Positions 11,711 through 24,328 of a stretch of 64,000 nt of DNA are shown piece after piece; position 1 is the first letter of the stretch; each line of letters begins with the position of its first letter. Source of the DNA: Octopus sinensis (taxonomy: Eukaryota); contig NC_043000.1 in NCBI RefSeq assembly GCF_006345805.1, positions 150,040,001 to 150,104,000 on the forward strand, read 5' to 3'. The notes beneath the pieces are model-generated. The model was given only the letters and a program-made list of their open reading frames with translations, was not told where the DNA came from and ran no database searches. The position numbers and the translations under genes are program-made.

Positions 11711-12790
11711 AATTAGAAAAAAAACACCTTTTATCAATTCAATAATGAAAGATTAAGTTATACCATTTAGAAAAATTACATGTTATAGAAAGACTAAATA
11801 TAAGATAAAACAAATCTTATTAAAGAGATTTTAAATATAATTGAAATATTCATTAGGGATAATAAAAAATATATCATTGTTTTCTAATAATAATTTTGAT
11901 GTTGGGTATTGAACTACCAATAATGTTGGTAATATTATTTCTTCATTTAATACATTTAAATTAAATAAATTCTACAAAGATTAAATATTGATTCCAATAA
12001 TAATAAAAACCAAGATATAATTTATTGTACATGTAGGGATAAGACTACATTCAATTTTAATAGTAATTGTAATTTAATGTAATCTATAAGTGTATGGTAA
12101 CTTTAATAGATGATAAGAATTTGCATTATCATAATTTAAACACTATTTATATAGGGTCCACTTCGAATAAAATTAAATCAAGAGTAGCTCAACATATGTA
12201 TTCTTTTAGGAATAAAAATCTAATAAATTCAACAAGTCTCAGTAAATATATTTGGGACCTTAAATCTAGATCTATTAAATATAAATTAACTTGGGAGATT
12301 ATTTGTAGGGCTAAATCATATTGTATAGGGAGTAATTATTGTTCATTGTGTAATAATGAATTCAAAGAAATAGTATTTAATAACAATTATGTATTGGTAA
12401 ATTCATTAGAGGAACGTAAAATTAAATGTAAACATAAATTAAATTAACTATAGTAATATAAATTAATTTAAATATAATATTTATATTTTACTTATTTATC
12501 ATTACGACTTTAAATTTATAGTAAATAGTCATTTAAAATTAAATGCTAACATAAATTTATTTAACTATATAATATGTTTAGCTTATTTTTCTATATGTGT
12601 GAAACCTTATTTCTTGTAGATATAATTTAATAGTATTAGTGTATAATTTACTATATTATTATGTTGTATAAATATATTTGAATAATTTAAAACTTAGATA
12701 TTTCTTAGTACATAAATGATTATATATAATTTTATTAAGACCTATTACTTATAGTAATATAAATTAATTTAATATTATATGTATATTTTA
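11711..12790 (+). mobile_element. Penelope-like element remnant: Cys-rich linker, GIY-YIG endonuclease and AT-rich 3' region
   Basis: Frameshifted CTCRDKTTFNFNSNC then NVIYKCMV...YIGSTSNKIKSRVAQHMYSF...STSLSKYIWDLK...W...CSLC..E...CKH; short direct repeat near 12445 and 12748. Confidence 0.8.
12094..12447 (+). pseudogene. GIY-YIG endonuclease domain (retroelement-derived, 5' part lost)
   Basis: ORF-track protein with IY..(x)..YIG, R...H and E motifs in GIY-YIG order; no RT domain upstream. Confidence 0.8.
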
Positions 12791-12936
12791 CGTAATATAT
12801 ATATACATATATTTATATTCATACATACATATATATTTATATTCATATATATATATATTTATATTCATATATATATATTTATATTCATACATATACTTAT
12901 ATATCCATATATATATATATATATATATGTATAAAT

Positions 12937-13488
12937 ATCATCATCATCGTTTAACGTCTGCTTTTCCTGCTAGCATGGGTTGGACGATTTTGACTGAGGG
13001 CTGGCGAACCAGACGGCCGCACCAGACTCTAATCTTGATCTGGCAGAATTTCTACAACTGGATGCCCTTGCTAACGCCAACCACTCCAAGTGTGTAGTTG
13101 GTGCTTTTTACATGCCACCGACACAGGGCCAGTCAGGCGGTGCTGGCAATGACCTCGCTCGAATCTTTTTACACATGCCACCGGCACAGGTGCCAATAAG
13201 GCGACGTTGGTAATGACCACGCTCGAATAGTGCCCTTTTACATGCCACCGGCACGGAGCCAGTTGGCTACTCTGGCAACGATCACGCTCGGATGGTGCTC
13301 CTGGCATCCTACTAGCACGAGCACAAGTGCCAGTAAGGCGACGCTGGTAACGATCACACCCGAATGGTGCCCTCTTTATGTGCCATGGCATGGAAGCCGG
13401 TTAGCCGCTCTGTGAATGATCACCCTCATATGGTGCTTTTTGCACCCCACTAGCACGGATTCCAGTCATCGAATTTAATTTTGATTTT
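12937..13488 (-). mobile_element. RTE LINE 3' UTR (family C variant) with about 6 diverged tandem units
   Basis: (ATC)n tail on the plus strand; GGATGCCCTT...ACGCCAACCACTCC core. Confidence 0.85.
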
Positions 13489-13522
13489 ATATATATTTAT
13501 ATATATATATATATATAATTAG

Positions 13523-13632
13523 TAAAAAAACTACGTACGTTTCATGGCTATAATTAAATTCGAATTACAATTAAATTTAAATTTAATCGAAAATGAATTT
13601 AATTTAAAATTATAGTCTCTCTTCAGGTTAAC
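13523..13632 (-). ncRNA. Candidate minimal type-I hammerhead ribozyme
   Basis: Minus strand: AAC-CTGAAGA-GAGACTATAATT...AATTATAGCCAT-GAAA, palindromic stem III ACGTACGT, A17, then GTT pairing with AAC. Confidence 0.6.
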
Positions 13633-14589
13633 AATAATAACAATAGTAGTTAAATATATAAGCAAACAGATTTATGATTTTTCTTATAGAAGAAACTTAA
13701 AACATTAGGACCTGTTGCGTACTATACATTTATTATGTTAAATATCGAAGGTGAAAAAATAGAGTATATAGATAGAAAAATGTCTTCATCTGTGAACATA
13801 TAATTTAGCTTAATAAAAAATTAATAAACTATAGAATATCTTTAACCTAGTTATACTCTAATATTTAATTACCAAATTATTTTACAAAACAATCACTCTT
13901 AATATTTCTAGATTTTAGTTCACATATAATAATTATAAAATAATAAATATATAAAAATAAGTATCTAAATTATAATCAGCAAATATAGTAATTAAAAATC
14001 CATACTTTTTCTATCAATAAACATATAAACAATGAATGAATTAGTCGATTATTACTTACATAAATATAGATATCTTTCGAAAATATTTTTGAAATGAAAA
14101 ATAAGAAATGAAAAATTCCAAAGTAAAAACTCATATTATTATTAAATGTAATAGTACTAGAAATATAATAAGAACTTTTAGTTAAATTAAAACATTTTTA
14201 TGATCTAAATCGCAAAGTGACTAACTAATATTTTAAAATTTACGTTCAGATATAATAATTATAAAATAATAATAATTAAATAAATGTGCATATTTAAATT
14301 ATCGTTAACAAATTTATTATATATATGTGTATATATATATATATTATATATATATATATATATATCATTATCATCATCATCGTTTAGCGTCCGCTTTCCA
14401 TGCTAGCATGAATTGGACGATTTTGAATGAGGGCTAAAAAAAATATATATGTATGCATGTATGTATTTGTATATATATCTATATTTGTGCATATATATAT
14501 ATTTATGTATGTATGTATTTGTATATCTATCTATCTATATATATATATATATATATATATCTATATATATCTATATATATATATATATA

Positions 14590-15000
14590 GGCACGGGAGT
14601 GGCTGTGTGGTAAGTAGCTTGCTAACCAACCACATGGTTCCGGGTTCAGTCCCACTGCGTGGCACCTTCGGCAAGTGTCTTCTACTATAGCCTCGGGCCG
14701 ACCAATGCCTTGTGAGTGGATTTGGTAGACAGAAACTGAAAGAAGCCTGTCGTATATATGTATATATATATGTATTATGTGTGTGTGTTTGTGTGTCTGT
14801 GTTTGTCTCCCTAGCATTGCTTGACAACCGATGCTGGTGTGTCTACGTCCCCGTCACTTAGCGGTTCGGCAAAAGAGAGACCGACAGAATAAGTACTAGG
14901 CTTACAAAGAATAAGTCCCAGGGTCGATTTGCCCGACTAAAGGCAGTGCTCCAGCATGGCCACAGTGAAATGACTGAAACAAGTAAAAGAATAAAAGAAA

Positions 15001-15003
<3 letters not shown>
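14590..15003 (+). mobile_element. tRNA-headed SINE, family A
   Basis: A-box-like TGGCTGTGTGG, B-box-like GGTTCAGTCCC, internal (TA)/(TG) microsatellite, tail GACTGAAACAAGTAAAAGA. Confidence 0.93.
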
Positions 15004-15034
<31 letters not shown>

Positions 15035-15093
15035 TTTCTTTTATTCTTTTATATATATATATATATATTTGTGTATAAATGCATATATATATT

Positions 15094-15300
15094 GGCGTAG
15101 GAGTGGCTGTGTGGTAAGTAGCTTGCTTACGAACCACATGGTTCCAGGTTCACTCCCACTGCGTGGCACCTTGGGCAAGTGTCTTCTACTATAGCCTTAG
15201 GTGGACCAAAGCCTTGTGGGTGGATTTGGGAGACAAAAATTGAAAAAGAAGGCCGTCATATATATGTATGTATATATATATATGTAAGTGTGTGTGTATA
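15094..15300 (+). mobile_element. SINE family A, 5' half (older)
   Basis: Head and body match family A; ends in microsatellite. Confidence 0.85.
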
Positions 15301-15365
15301 TTACAAGATATCTCTTCTCTCAATCCCACCTCCTCACTGGTATTGTTCTCTAAATTACCTGCACA

Positions 15366-15404
<39 letters not shown>

Positions 15405-16020
15405 GGGACAAATGCAGCTAGCTTAGTTGCCCACCTGCTTCACCAACTAGCTTTCGTTTCGTTTCATTTTGTCTAGAAATTTGTCAACAACTACCCAGTA
15501 ATTTTCCATCGACATATCAAAGTGAAAAAGAATATTAATGGGCTGTACATGCGTGCTTGTTCCTCTGTGTGTGTGTGTGTGTGTGTGTGTACATGCATGT
15601 GCACACGTACTTATGTTTATGTATGGACAAGCTTGTTTCCTCTCTTTCTATATCCGAAACCCCCCTCCCTTATGGTTCCCTCCATCATACCTGCAATTTC
15701 CTCCTCCTGGATAAATGCAACTAGTTTAGCTGACACCCTACTTAATCTAACATTGGAATATTCATATTTGCAACACCAGTAATGCTTAAATTTACGTTTT
15801 TACGATGTCCATAATGCTTATACTTATGCCGCTAACACCAACTCCTACTCCCAGTAGGGACAACAGTCTTAACACGCTTGAATGTTTGAATGCTGTCAGG
15901 TTGGAAATGAGAACAGGTGAAGCATGTCTAACAAATGAACATGACAACCTCCTCCTTTTCTGGCGCTGAATAACATCCCCCATCCCTAAGCCTTACCTCA
16001 CATTCCTTTCCCAGTTTTCA

Positions 16021-18664
16021 GAGTTGGCACTCAATGTAGGCACACTGAAAGGTAGGTCTAGTGAGATTGTAAGCGATGCTTGAAAGGAGACATGTTAATG
16101 TATGCTGCATACAAGAGGTAAGATGGCGAGGAGCTTCAGCTAAGGTCTTCACAGTCAAGGCACATAGGTATAAAATCTTCTGGCAAGGTAACACTGATGG
16201 AGTAGGGGGTGTAGGCATACTCCTTGTGGAGAAATGGGTGGATAAGGTCATAGAGATTGTCAGGGTATGTGATAGTGCTCAGGCTAGTCCTGCAGAACAG
16301 TACAGCTACAATTATCTCTGCTTACGTCCCACAAGCAGGCATACCAAATGATCAGAATGACCATTTTTATGATACCCTCTTAAAGGCTACCTCGAAGACG
16401 AGTGGCAATGACCTCATCTTTGCAGCTGGAGATTTTAATGGGCATGTTGGATGGCAGTCCGGTATCTTCACTGGTGTACATCAGGGCCATGGTATTGGTT
16501 CCCAAAACAAAGAGGGAACTAGGCTTCTAAAGTTCTGTGATGCATGTAACCTCTTAATCTCTGCAACACTAACTTCAGGAAGCCAGAGAGCCACTTGATC
16601 AATCAGGTGACTCTGCTAGCCAGATTGATTTCATCCTCTTCAGACAGCATTTGCTCTTAAAGACCCTCCTGGGTGAAGAATGTACCCCCCTGCATAGACT
16701 AGTCATTAGTGACTTTAGACTTGAGGCCAGGAGGATGCCAAGACGCAAACCAATCCAGAAAAGAAGGATTTGGAAGCTAAAGAACCCTTCATATGGTCAG
16801 AAATTTAGGGACATCCTCATCAAGAAATTTGATGAGAGGGAGGAGGAGCTACAGACCTTGGACATAGAGGGTAGCTGGAAATTCCTACAGGACAGCTTAC
16901 TACGTGCCACAGACCAAGTCTGCAGATGGTGCAAAGTCCCTTCCAGACCTAGAGTAATGTGGTGGTGGAATAATACGGTAGACAAAGCCATTAGAGCAAA
17001 GAAACAGGCCTGGGAAACCTGGAAGAGTGGGGGTAGCAGGGAACTGTACCACATAACCAGGTGGGAGGCTGGGTGACAGGTATACATAGCCAAGGGAGAA
17101 GCAGATAAGAAGTTTGCCAATGTCCAGCAACATGAGGACCAAAGAACTGAAGTATTTCGGATTGCTAGACAATGTGTGAGAGAAAACTGTTGTCACAGGA
17201 GACAAATGTGTCTGCATGGATGATGGTGCACTTGCTTTTAATGATTCTAAAAAGAAAGAGGCTGAACGTGGAGAAAGAGTGGGAGGAGGAGAGCCTGCCA
17301 AATGTTGGCCCAGTAGAGGGACCAGCTATCTGATGTTTTAGATAGAAATAACTACAGGGGTATCAAACTGCTGGATCAGGTAATGAAAGTCATCATAGCC
17401 CAACTAATTAGGGAGAGAGTTTGCTTAGATGAGATGCAGTTTGATTTTGTGCCTGGTAGAAATACCTGCAGGAGAAATACCTAGCCAAAGATAAAACCCT
17501 ATACTTGGCTTTTGTGGACTTGTAGAAAGCCTTTGACTGGGTCTCCTGATCCCTTATCTGGTGGGCGATGCGGAAACTAGGGATTGACTAATAGTTAATA
17601 AGGGCTGTACAGACCCTATACAGAGATGCCATTACTAAGGTTAGGGTTGGCAATGAGTATAGTGAAGAATTCCGGGTAGAAGTAGGGGTCCACCAAGGAT
17701 CTGCCCTCCGCCCCTCTTATTCATCATAGTCCTCAGGCAATAATAGAGGAATTGAAGACTTGCTGTCGCAGTAGCAGAATCACTACCAGAACTAGAGAAG
17801 AAATTTCAGGTGTGGAATCAAGGTTTAGAACTGAAGGGCCTTAGAGTTAATGTCGCAAAAACCAAAGTCCTAGTAAGTAGGAAGGTGAACACATCACACA
17901 CCCCTTCTGGTAGAAAAGGTGTAGGTAGAAACTCCATAAGATATACCCAGTGTAAACTTTGGATGCATAAGAGGTGCAGCAACATCAAAGGAAGATTAAC
18001 CAAGAAGATGCACAGGGACAATAAACACCATAGATGCTCAGAAAACAGACTTCATCACATGCCAGCAGGAGAAACTAGAAGTAGTTGAGAGCTTCCGCTA
18101 CCTAGGTGACCAAGTCTGTAGTGGGGGTGGATACTCGGAGAGCATTGCCACTAGAATAAGAATAGCTTGGGCAAGGTTCAGAAAGGTTCTACCCCTACTG
18201 GTGATAAAGGGCCTCTCACTCAGAGTAAAAGGTAGATTGTATGATGCATGTGTGCGAACTGCTATGCTTTACGGCAGTGAAACATGGGCCGTGACTACTG
18301 AAGACATGCATAGGCTTGAAAGGAATGAAACTCGTATGATCTGCTGAATGTGTAATGTCAGTGAGCACACACAACAGAGTGTAAGCGCCCTGAGAAAAAT
18401 GTTGGACATAAGAAGCATTGGATGTGGCGTGCAGGAGAGACATTTGCATTGGTATGGTCATGTACTATAATGGATGAGAAGGACTGTGTGAAGAAGTGCC
18501 ACTTGCAAACAGTGGAAGGAACCCGTGAAAGTGGGAAACCCAGGAAGACATGGGATGAGGTGGTGAAGCATAACCTTCGAACGTTGGGCTTCACAGAAGC
18601 AATTACGAAAGACCGAGACCTCTGGAGATATGCTGTGACTGAGGAGACCCGGCAAATAAAGTGA
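16021..18664 (+). mobile_element. Near-full-length decayed RTE LINE ORF (APE endonuclease and RT)
   Basis: LNVGTLKG, CCIQEVRW, IISAYVPQ, AGDFNGHVG (APE); GVHQG, GLRVNVAKTK, GKPRKTW (RT); many stops, frameshifts and deletions. Confidence 0.92.
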
Positions 18665-18849
18665 GATCACTGCTGCAGCCTACACCAGTGCTGCATATCC
18701 AACCCACTCAAAAAAGTACCTTTGGATCAAGCACAGCAGGTCACCCTACGATCTAAGGTAAGCACAGCAGGCCGTCCTGCGATCCAAGGTACTTTGGATG
18801 GGCTGGGGCTGTTATGTGAAGCTGGTGCAGGAAACAGCTATGAACTCAT

Positions 18850-19067
18850 GCTATTTGTCAGGTCTTTGCAGTCACAGCATATCTCCAGAGATCTCCGTCT
18901 TTCGTCATTGCCTCTGTGAGGCCCAACGTTCGAAGGTCATGCTTGACCACGTCATCCCATGTCTTCCTGGGTCTACCTCTACCCCAGATTCCTTCAACTG
19001 TTTGGGAGTGGCACTTCTTCACACATCTCTCCTCATCCATCTGTAGTACATGACCATACCAGCGCAA
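18850..19067 (-). mobile_element. RTE RT C-terminal fragment, tail-to-tail with 16021-18664
   Basis: RWYGHVLQMDEERCVKKC...GRGRPRKTWDDVVKHDLRTLGL. Confidence 0.9.
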
Positions 19068-19632
19068 AAATTCTAATTACATCTGGGAAATGATTGGGGT
19101 TTATACGGATGTAAACAGTTTCCTCTTTATTTTCTGTATGTATTTGCCTGCCTTGAGATTTAGTATACCGTCCAAAATGTTAGCTTTAAATTGGTGGTAA
19201 CATTTAGGCTAAATTCTTTCCCTGGGCTTATTCAAAGTGTAGCCAGTCATATCACTTAAAATTCTCTGTACATGATTGTACAGAGGTGTGTGTGTGTGTG
19301 TTTTAGGATATCCTTGATAAATAATCTGATGTGGTTAGTAACTTTGTAATAGCTCTTACATATTTTTCGGTGAATATATTTATTAGTGAGTCCCCTTCCT
19401 TTCTTGCTCAGTTGGAGTCATCGTGGAATAGGAGCAACATCCTAGTACTCAGAATTATTCCAGTATCAAGTTTGCTGATTCTAGTGAATTAATCTCCCAA
19501 AGTGATTGATATTAGGAAAGGCATCCAATCATAGAAACCATAACAAAAATGTTCAGATAACAGCATTAACTCCAAATAACAACTAACCTGGACCATAGCA
19601 ACCTGTCCGATCTATGCCAGTGTGGAAAGTGA

Positions 19633-19669
<37 letters not shown>

Positions 19670-19671
19670 TA

Positions 19672-20117
19672 ATGACTGTCCCAATCGATATAAATGTGTC
19701 TGTCAAGACCTACCAAAAACTGAGCAAATATAAAGATCTTGAAATAGAAATCAGCAAAATGTGGAACCTGAAGACTAAAACAATACCTGTTGTCATAGGT
19801 GTCCTGGGAATGATAGCAAAAGGGGCTGATTGCTACCTAACTCAGATACCAGGAAACCCAAAAATGGCAGAAATTCAAAAGATAGTGCTCATGGGAACTG
19901 CTCATATCCTACGCAAAATACTTTCTATGTAATCTCAAGGTTTAAAACAAACATTTTTTTTTTCTTTTTTAGACATCCACTAGTACAACACAAAAAACAA
20001 CCAAATATATGGCACACTAGGCATAACAACAATGTGAACTTCCAACCTGTTGTCTCTTGAAGTCTCTGGGTGAGACTTGGAGCCAACTTGTACAAATATA
20101 AAGCAAAAGTCAAACAT
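19672..20117 (+). mobile_element. R4/Dong-like non-LTR retrotransposon 3' end (restriction-like endonuclease C-terminus and UTR)
   Basis: KLSKYKDLEIEISKMWNLKTKTIPVVIGVLG...EIQKIVLMGTAHILRKIL; (AAT)n tracts on both sides. Confidence 0.82.
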
Positions 20118-20798
20118 ATAATAATAATAATAATAAAGATGTTTAAATATATATATATTGTATTATTATCTGCTGCACTTAATGTCTACTTTTCCATACT
20201 GACATGGATTGGTTGGTTTTTCTGAGGCAATGTTTTACAGCCAGATACTCTTTATGTCACCCAACCCTTTTAGTCATCTTTTATGATAAGTAGGGACACT
20301 CTGTGTCTATTCTAAAACTGGAGTACTGTGTAAAATATGTATATTATAAATATGGTTTTGTGTTTGCATTAACACAGGAAGTTGGAAATGGTTTAGATTG
20401 TTATGAGCCTAGATTTATTTGTTGTTAAATGAATACATATGTATAGTCTCTCAAAGAGTTACACACACACACACAAATAATGTTATGTTAATATCTTTAT
20501 TTATTCACAAATATTATGCTACATGTGTAAAAAATATTACACACCTTTGAAGAACAACAATGGAATATCTAATTTCAGCAGTTTGTCTAATTCTTGTGTT
20601 AACCCATTTTTCTCTTGCAATTCAAAAGAATTGTATTTTATTTTGTTCAGTTTCATTATGCAATCTTTTTTTTCTTTGACTTTTTAAACAACAAACTTCT
20701 TATCACATTGTCATTTTAATTTACTTATTGAAATATTGCTGGAAGTAGTGATGCACCTGCCCTCAGCATAATAAATTTGTGAATTTCTATGAGAATTT

Positions 20799-21091
20799 AA
20801 CGTAAAGTGTACTAGCCATCTGAATGTGGCTAGCCACTGGGGGTGGGTGTTGCTGACGCTTTTAGCCCCAGGAGATCGACATCTCCAGCTGGCCTTAGAC
20901 ACAATTTCTGTGCCCTTATGATATTTGCAAATGGAGGTCATCCTCCCTCGAAACTCCCTTTGCAAATATCATAAGGGCACAGAAATTGTGTCTAAGGCCA
21001 GCTGGAGACGTCGATCTCCTGGGGCTAAAAGCATCAGTAACACCCACCCCCAGTGGCTAGCCACATTCAGATGGCTAGTACACTTTACGTT
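20799..21091. repeat. Long inverted repeat: 133-bp arms, 27-bp spacer, about 3 mismatches
   Basis: Arms 20799-20931 and 20959-21091 are reverse complements. Confidence 0.97.
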
Positions 21092-21386
21092 GTCGAGCGG
21101 TTACTGTTTACATCTCGTTTGGAGATTTATTAATGCTATGAGAATTTAGTTTTTTACATAGAGATATCAGAAAATTTCCTCTTTTACTTTGACAAGGGCT
21201 AGACACTTCTCCTTCAACCCACTGAGGTGTTAAAAACACTAAGCTAATAATTTTTTTATGCTTCAATCTCTTATTTTAAAGCTTCCCTTGTTATTCTACT
21301 ACATATCACCAGTTTAATTCCTTGGCTCTTTTGCTCTTTATAATTATCCTACTTCTTGCTTTGTTGGAATCTTTAATCACACTTAA

Positions 21387-21605
21387 CCCTTTAGTATTTA
21401 AACCGACCATATCCGGCCAAAATATTTAATCTGTTTTATGTTCAAACTGACCAGATCCAGGCTCTCACACCTACCCTACAATGTTATTCTACATTAAGTA
21501 ATTACACCATCAAGATATTGAAGATATGAGATAATGCATGATTAATTCAAATCAATGGGAATCAATAAGCATTATGTTTGATAGAATAATCGGAACACTA
21601 AAGGG
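21387..21605 (+). mobile_element. piggyBac-type MITE (family 1)
   Basis: TTAA|CCCTTTAG...CTAAAGGG|TTAA. Confidence 0.88.
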
Positions 21606-21916
21606 TTAAACTATCTTCTTTGAACTAGAAAGCTCTGAAGTTTTAGAGAATGGGAAAGAGAATTTTGTGAGTTTCATGGGTTTTTTTTTTCCAAACACAA
21701 TAGCAGTGTAAGCGAATTGATATTGCTTAAACTTGGAATTCCTTCTAAAATATAGATTTCCTTTAGCTACAATAGATAATAAAGTTAAAATTAGTTGAGA
21801 AAGATGTGTAGATACTTCACATTTTATTAATATACAATTCTTTTATGTATATACAATTCTGAAAATCTTTTTAAAATTATTCTACTTCTTATCAGTGGTT
21901 ATTAATAATATTTTAA

Positions 21917-22136
21917 CCCTTTAGCATTTAAACCAGCCATATCCTGCCAGAAGTATTCTACTGTTTTATGTTCAAACTGGCCAGATCTGGTCTCTCACAC
22001 CAACCCTACAATATCACTTTAAAAATTAACAGCTACCTCATCAAAATCTCAAAGCTACAAGATAATGTATGATTAGTTGAAAACAATTTGAATAAAAAAG
22101 GATTTGATTTGGCAGAATAATGCGAACACTAAAGGG
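21917..22136 (+). mobile_element. piggyBac-type MITE (family 1)
   Basis: TTAA|CCCTTTAGC...CTAAAGGG|TTAA; homologous to 21387-21605. Confidence 0.88.
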
Positions 22137-23651
22137 TTAAATATTGGGATAATATAACTGAGTAGCTTAAATAACTGGAAAAAAAATTACCATTATTTTT
22201 CTTGGATATTTTTTCTGAAAGAAATCAGCTTTTATGTGTTTCATGGTTCAGATAATTTTTATGCCTATTTATCTTCATTGATGAAGGTGAAACATTTACT
22301 ACTAAAGATTTAATTTAAAAAAAGAAATAAATAAACTTTCATCGTTAACGTGCAACAGTTCAAAGTTGCTATTCCTAAGCCATTTTTGAAACTGTCTTAA
22401 ATGTTATTGTCAAGGATTCTGGTATCATATACTAGTTGTCTATTAGCAACAATGAACTACAACAACTTGAGATTTTTCACGCAACTCTGTGGACATAACC
22501 ATAAATATTTTCCAAGTTATCTCATTCTTCCTATCGAGATTTGCTATGAAAATGTTGTATCTTGAGTGTTTCTCTTGTTGTGTTAACCATTCATTCATTT
22601 AGCTGCAAACTGCAAACAGTCTAATTTTAGATCTACATAAAAGCTTTCCTGAGTGTTACTACATTATCCATCAGAGTTATCATTGTTATGTTTGATTAGC
22701 TAGCTATGATGGCATTCTATGCACAGAAAAAAAAAATGTTAGTTTCTCATGATTTTCAAAGGCTAAAAGGAAAAGAGAAACATAATTATTTTTGTAAAAT
22801 AATTGTATTAGTGAACAAAGCGTTTTATACGTGCAGATAAAGAACTACAAGCCTTAAATATTTTAGCTGAAATTTATTATTACTATCAATTTATGATTGA
22901 ATGGTTTACCAAACAAATACTGATTCTTATATATAACATATTTCTGTCAATTATTCAATTAATGAAAAAGATCTAATGATAAACATCTTGGTCTGAGAAG
23001 AATAAAAAAGATATGTTAAAATATATGAATAAAACAAAGCACATTTTTGCCAATTACTTAATATTTTGTAAAGTAAAAGGACATTAAAATTTATATTTAG
23101 TTTTCTTGTATTTACTTATAATTATAGAATTTTATAAATTTTATTGAAAGTTTCTGTTAAAAGTTTTGAACCAAAGTTTTTATTCCGGTATACTCTGAGT
23201 GAAAATACTTTACGTGTATCTTAGTATGTGTATATCTATATCTTCATATACGTATGCATAACGTACCTTAAACAGATTTACATGTACGTGTATGTTCATT
23301 CAATATACATGTGTTTGGGGTTTTTTTTTGCTTTCATGGGTTGGCTAGATATGTTAATGGAGGTGTTGTTTTACAGCCAGATCCCCCCTTTCTTGATGCT
23401 AATACTTACCTGTTTTTCAAATAAGGGGTCACTCACACGGCATAGCTTCAAAGGCAAGGAGTGTATGAGTTATTTGCTGACAGGAAAAACTGACAACACT
23501 GTCCCTTGCACTTTCCTACAGACAATTGCACACAAACATTTACTTACATACAAATACACACACACACACACACATACATACACACACACACATACATACA
23601 TATAAGGAGAGTGAGGAGAGTAAAAAGGCAGATAATTACATGTAGGCTTAA

Positions 23652-23853
23652 CCCCTTCGTTACTGTATTTATTTTGAGATGCTCTGTGTTGTTTTCAAGA
23701 ATTTAGTAAAATAACTTAGTTATCACTCAGCTAGTGCTAGGAACATAAATTGTGACTAAGGTTTGGTGGAAGATTTTAATTAAAAACTTATGAAAACAAG
23801 ACATTTGTACTGCAGAGCCAAGGCCGGTTTTAGCCGGGTTGGTAACAAAAGGG
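23652..23853. mobile_element. piggyBac-type MITE (family 2)
   Basis: TTAA|CCCCTTCGTTAC...GTAACAAAAGGG|TTAA. Confidence 0.85.
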
Positions 23854-24328
23854 TTAATGTGTATATGTACATGAAATACAAAATAAAGATTACAGAATAA
23901 CCTCAACAAAAGGAGTTATGTAACATTCTTATCTCAACACCTGTTTTGGGAGCACCATGGCTTATTTCATAACCACATTCATGTGTAACATGATGCCATA
24001 GGTTTGTGTAATAATATAAACTCCAGTAAATTTGTTAGGCCAAGCCAGGTGATCCTCATTGGGAGAAGAATGGCAAGGGGTCTCAATTGCTCAACCAGCC
24101 GTGCACTGTGTTCTTCAGTAAAGTACTTTATTTCACATTCTCCCAATCTGCTCGGCTGTAAATGGGTAACCCTGTGATGGACTGTCATTTTGTTATTCAG
24201 GGGTTGTGTTGGCTTATCTGCCTACCCAACAGGGTGGCATCATTTGAAAGCTACAGTGTGAGGAAGTGCATTGTGAGCAGTGGTGTATAACCACATCTGA
24301 TAGTCTGACTGATACTGTGATATATATA

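Noticed and set aside
13640-14320. Second GIY-YIG ORF
   Set aside because: Only faint similarity (EYI, NELV...H) with many stops; cannot be distinguished from AT-rich noise.
14590-14680. tRNA genes at SINE heads
   Set aside because: A and B boxes are present but there is no complete cloverleaf, and each head runs into a SINE body.
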